A DNA stretch of 64,000 nucleotides from Raillietiella orientalis (taxonomy: Eukaryota): contig JAYWIR010000029.1 of the NCBI GenBank assembly GCA_036172245.1, forward strand, positions 1,178,001 to 1,242,000, written 5' to 3'. The notes under the pieces were generated by a model that saw only the letters and a list, made by a program, of their open reading frames with translations, did no database searches and was not told where the DNA came from. Positions 61,167 to 64,000 of this stretch are shown here, in pieces. Position numbers and translations under genes: made by a program. Each line of letters starts with the position of its first letter. Position 1 is the stretch's first letter.

Positions 61167-62827
61167 ACTGAAGTAACAGAAACCAGTACAGTTCGTCAAC
61201 TGGCACTTGGTGTACATCAGAGTCACCAAAATGCCAATTCCCTTCTGATTTTGGTAGATTGTCTCAAAGGAACAGATGAGAAAATTATCCATGCAACTTT
61301 GAAATGTTTGCCATCTGTGTTCAATGTGCTACAGAATAAGGGTGAACTTCTTTGTAGAAAGTCCCCTGATGAAAAAATAGGGGATGATGTACATATTTAT
61401 AAGAGTTGGTTGCGAACACGTTATCAGGATGCTGTATCTGCTGGTATTGCACTTCTGTCACATCACTCTTCTTCTGTTCAGAACACAGCATTGAAAATGT
61501 TGAAAAAATTCTTCTTATTAGAAGCCAAGGAAGCTTTGAGTGAGTCTTCAAATCGATGTTTTTTCTCTCTACAACTTCTTGAGGTTTGATACAGTATTGA
61601 ATCCTTGTGCTAATCCTATTATATAGGAAATTCTGAGAAGTATTCTAAAAATGGAAGGCAAACAGGGTATTCAGGTATTTTCTGTACTTCTGGAGTACCA
61701 AGATGTGGCTTATTATACACTCAGTGTTTTGGCCACATTAATTCAGGAGAAGCATGATAACTCATTAATTGATAATGTAGTTGCTCTCCTTTTGTGCTTG
61801 CATTTACCTTTGGAGAGTGATCAACCTGTTCTTTGCAAAGAGAAACCATTCCATGTAAATCAAAAGAAGTGTCGCTGTTGGTTTAGTCAGTGCTGGCATT
61901 TTGTTCTGGGCACTGATTTTGCTGTGCAGGCACGTGAAAAAATATTAGTTCATTTACAGGATAGAGTACTTCCTTTTCTTGTTAATCCACTCCTATTGAT
62001 GGATTACTTGGTAACTTGCAGTCATTTGAGTGAGTGATCTATCCTTAAGTTCTTTGTTCTAATTGGAGCATTTATAGGAGGTATGCCTGCCATTCTGGCA
62101 TTAAATAGTATTTTTGTGCTCATGCAAAAGCATCATCTGTGAGTAAATGGGTTGTTCATTAAGATTATGAATTCCTCAGAGAATACCCAGATTTTTATCA
62201 ACAACTGTATGCTCTGCTGGTTCCAGATATCTTCCAGTTTCCACTTCTGGAACGTTTCTTGTCAATTTTGGATTTTTTTTTGTCATCCACGTAAGTTTTT
62301 TTTTTGTGTGTACAGAATATGGCATTTCTCTAAAGTCATTTGCCAGAGTACTTGGCTGCTGCTTTTCTTAAAAGGCTTTCCTCACTTTGCCTGATGGCAC
62401 CTGCACCAGCTATCTTATTGATGCTACCACTTATCAGCAATTTGTTAGTCCGCCATCCTCAGTTAATAAGCATGAGTGACATGGGCAGTTTCCAAACTGA
62501 TCCCTATGATGCTGATCAGTGTGATCCAGCATTGAGCAATGCTCTATCTAGCAAGCTGTGGGAGATCCACACCTTACAGAAGCATTATGTAACAGAAATT
62601 GCCAGTGCATGTAAGTCACTTTACAAATCTGGTGGACACTTGCCATGGAATTTGACTGATAAAAAGGACATAAGCTATGAAAAGGTCAGTTTTAGAAAAG
62701 AATTTTCAGGAGAATTTTCTGTGTGTAGCTTTTTCAGGAAGCATTGAATGGCAAACTAGATCATCTCTTGCCTTGTGATGCAACTCCAGTAGGGTTCTTC
62801 AATATCGACTCCTCAAATTCTGTCTGA
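61167..62827 (+). CDS. NOC4L: Nucleolar complex protein 4 homolog (CBF/Mak21 domain); exons 61167-61583, 61627-62029, 62078-62138, 62180-62290, 62336-62684, 62729-62827; first coding exon not located
   Basis: Frame-consistent GT-AG introns. Motifs YKSWLRTRY, PLLLMDYL, ILALNSIFVLMQKHHLEYPDFYQQLYALL, FLSSTHLPEYLAAAFLKRLSSL, NLLVRHP, DPYD..ALSSKLWEI. Confidence 0.92.
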
Positions 62828-64000
62828 GGAAAATGAGTTTTGAGTTCTTTGATGAATCAAGGGGGTTGTAGGCCATGAGCTCTTGCTTTTTAAGTGCCTC
62901 ATATGTTTACCCATCTAGTTTCAATGAATGGAATAAAGTACTGCATATGCTCTGATACAGTTTTGCAATGCTTCTAGCTTGGGATAATACCAAGCTATTG
63001 GAACATTGTTCTGTAACTGATTTCCATTTTTCGATGTTCGCACATGATAAAAAAATTCAAGTTTGCTGTAGACAGTCTGCAATTTAAAGTGAGTGGAATT
63101 AGGGTTGCAACGATGCCAACCATTGGAAGCAAGGCTGTAAGAACATATAACATTTCAAGCTTCAAATATATTAATGTGCCGAAGTTTTAGCAGCATCTTC
63201 ACATAATTAGTCACATACCCATCTCCTAACCTTGAAAATTTCAATTTTTCTGTGATTTCTGATTTTTTTTTGTTTATTCTTTGGCTGTTAGAAGTGACCT
63301 GAATTCCATCGTTGTATTATCCAACAAGAAACCAAGAAAGCGTTAAGTGCAAATTCATATCTATGCAGATCATAAATATGAAGTCTTTCTACAATCTGAA
63401 AGAAATCGATCAATTCTGTTGGCTTCTAGAAAAACTTGTATATACACAGAAGATGAAATCTAAAACAAACTGAAATGATGTAGCTTTAACCTTTGCTTAA
63501 CTCCAAGTTTTTGATGTGAAGCAGTTTTTCAAGAGCTTCACTCTATTTCTCAGTTTCCCATAAAGTATTTCATAAATTTTTTTAAATTCTTACACTCAAT
63601 AATTCTTACCGTAATTTTAACTATCAATGAAAGTGACTTTGCAGATTTTAATTGTATTTTTCTCTAATGTTGAATTTCTTTAGTACATTCATTCGGCACG
63701 AATAACCCGTGAAGAGTAACGTTTGCTCCTGTGGTTTCTCCTTTGGCAATGATGCCAAGTGATTATAAACCATCCTTTCGCTGATTCCAGGAATATTCTT
63801 TGAAGTAGCAATTCAGAAGGGTATATTTGGCCATGTTGGATGCTCAGAGAGTAGTCTTTCACAACTCGTTTTAATTTTACTGTATTTGAGTCTCTCCATT
63901 TTTGAGCGGGGAAGGCTTTCTCTCGCTTTTTACATTACTACTGATGGTAATTCTAGATCAAACAAGGTCCAAGGACATCGTTCCATTTTTTTTCCCCTTC

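Noticed and set aside
62900..64000. Possible minus-strand gene end or retroelement fragment at the window edge
   Set aside because: Some exon-like segments are present (e.g. LASNGWHRCNPNSTHFKLQTVYSKLEFFYH) but no family was recognised and the frames could not be joined reliably.

Overview
Eukaryotic, most likely arthropod, genomic DNA. There are no prokaryotic operons, rRNA genes, intact tRNA genes or CRISPR arrays. The left ~25 kb is visibly GC-rich and holds two intact, convergent Tweedle/DUF243 cuticle-protein genes, each with a TATA box, a 5-codon first exon and a phase-0 intron. Around them lie decayed mobile DNA: a packed set of intronless pseudo-ORFs at 0.2-8 kb (F-box-like, C2H2 zinc finger, Cys-rich), a Polinton/Maverick-like integrase relic, and a Ty3/Gypsy pol relic. 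The 25-46 kb stretch is a nest of decayed non-LTR (L1/Tx1-like) retroelements interrupted by two related AT-rich foldback elements and a ~1.1-kb tRNA-headed, hairpin-rich SINE-like element. A second SINE copy lies in the opposite orientation at 56.4-57.4 kb, and each copy has its own target-site duplication (TSD). The AT-rich right part carries compact housekeeping genes with very short (41-57 nt) introns: ZSWIM7, an MTFR-family gene and NOC4L. All family assignments come from motifs recognised by eye; no database search was run.
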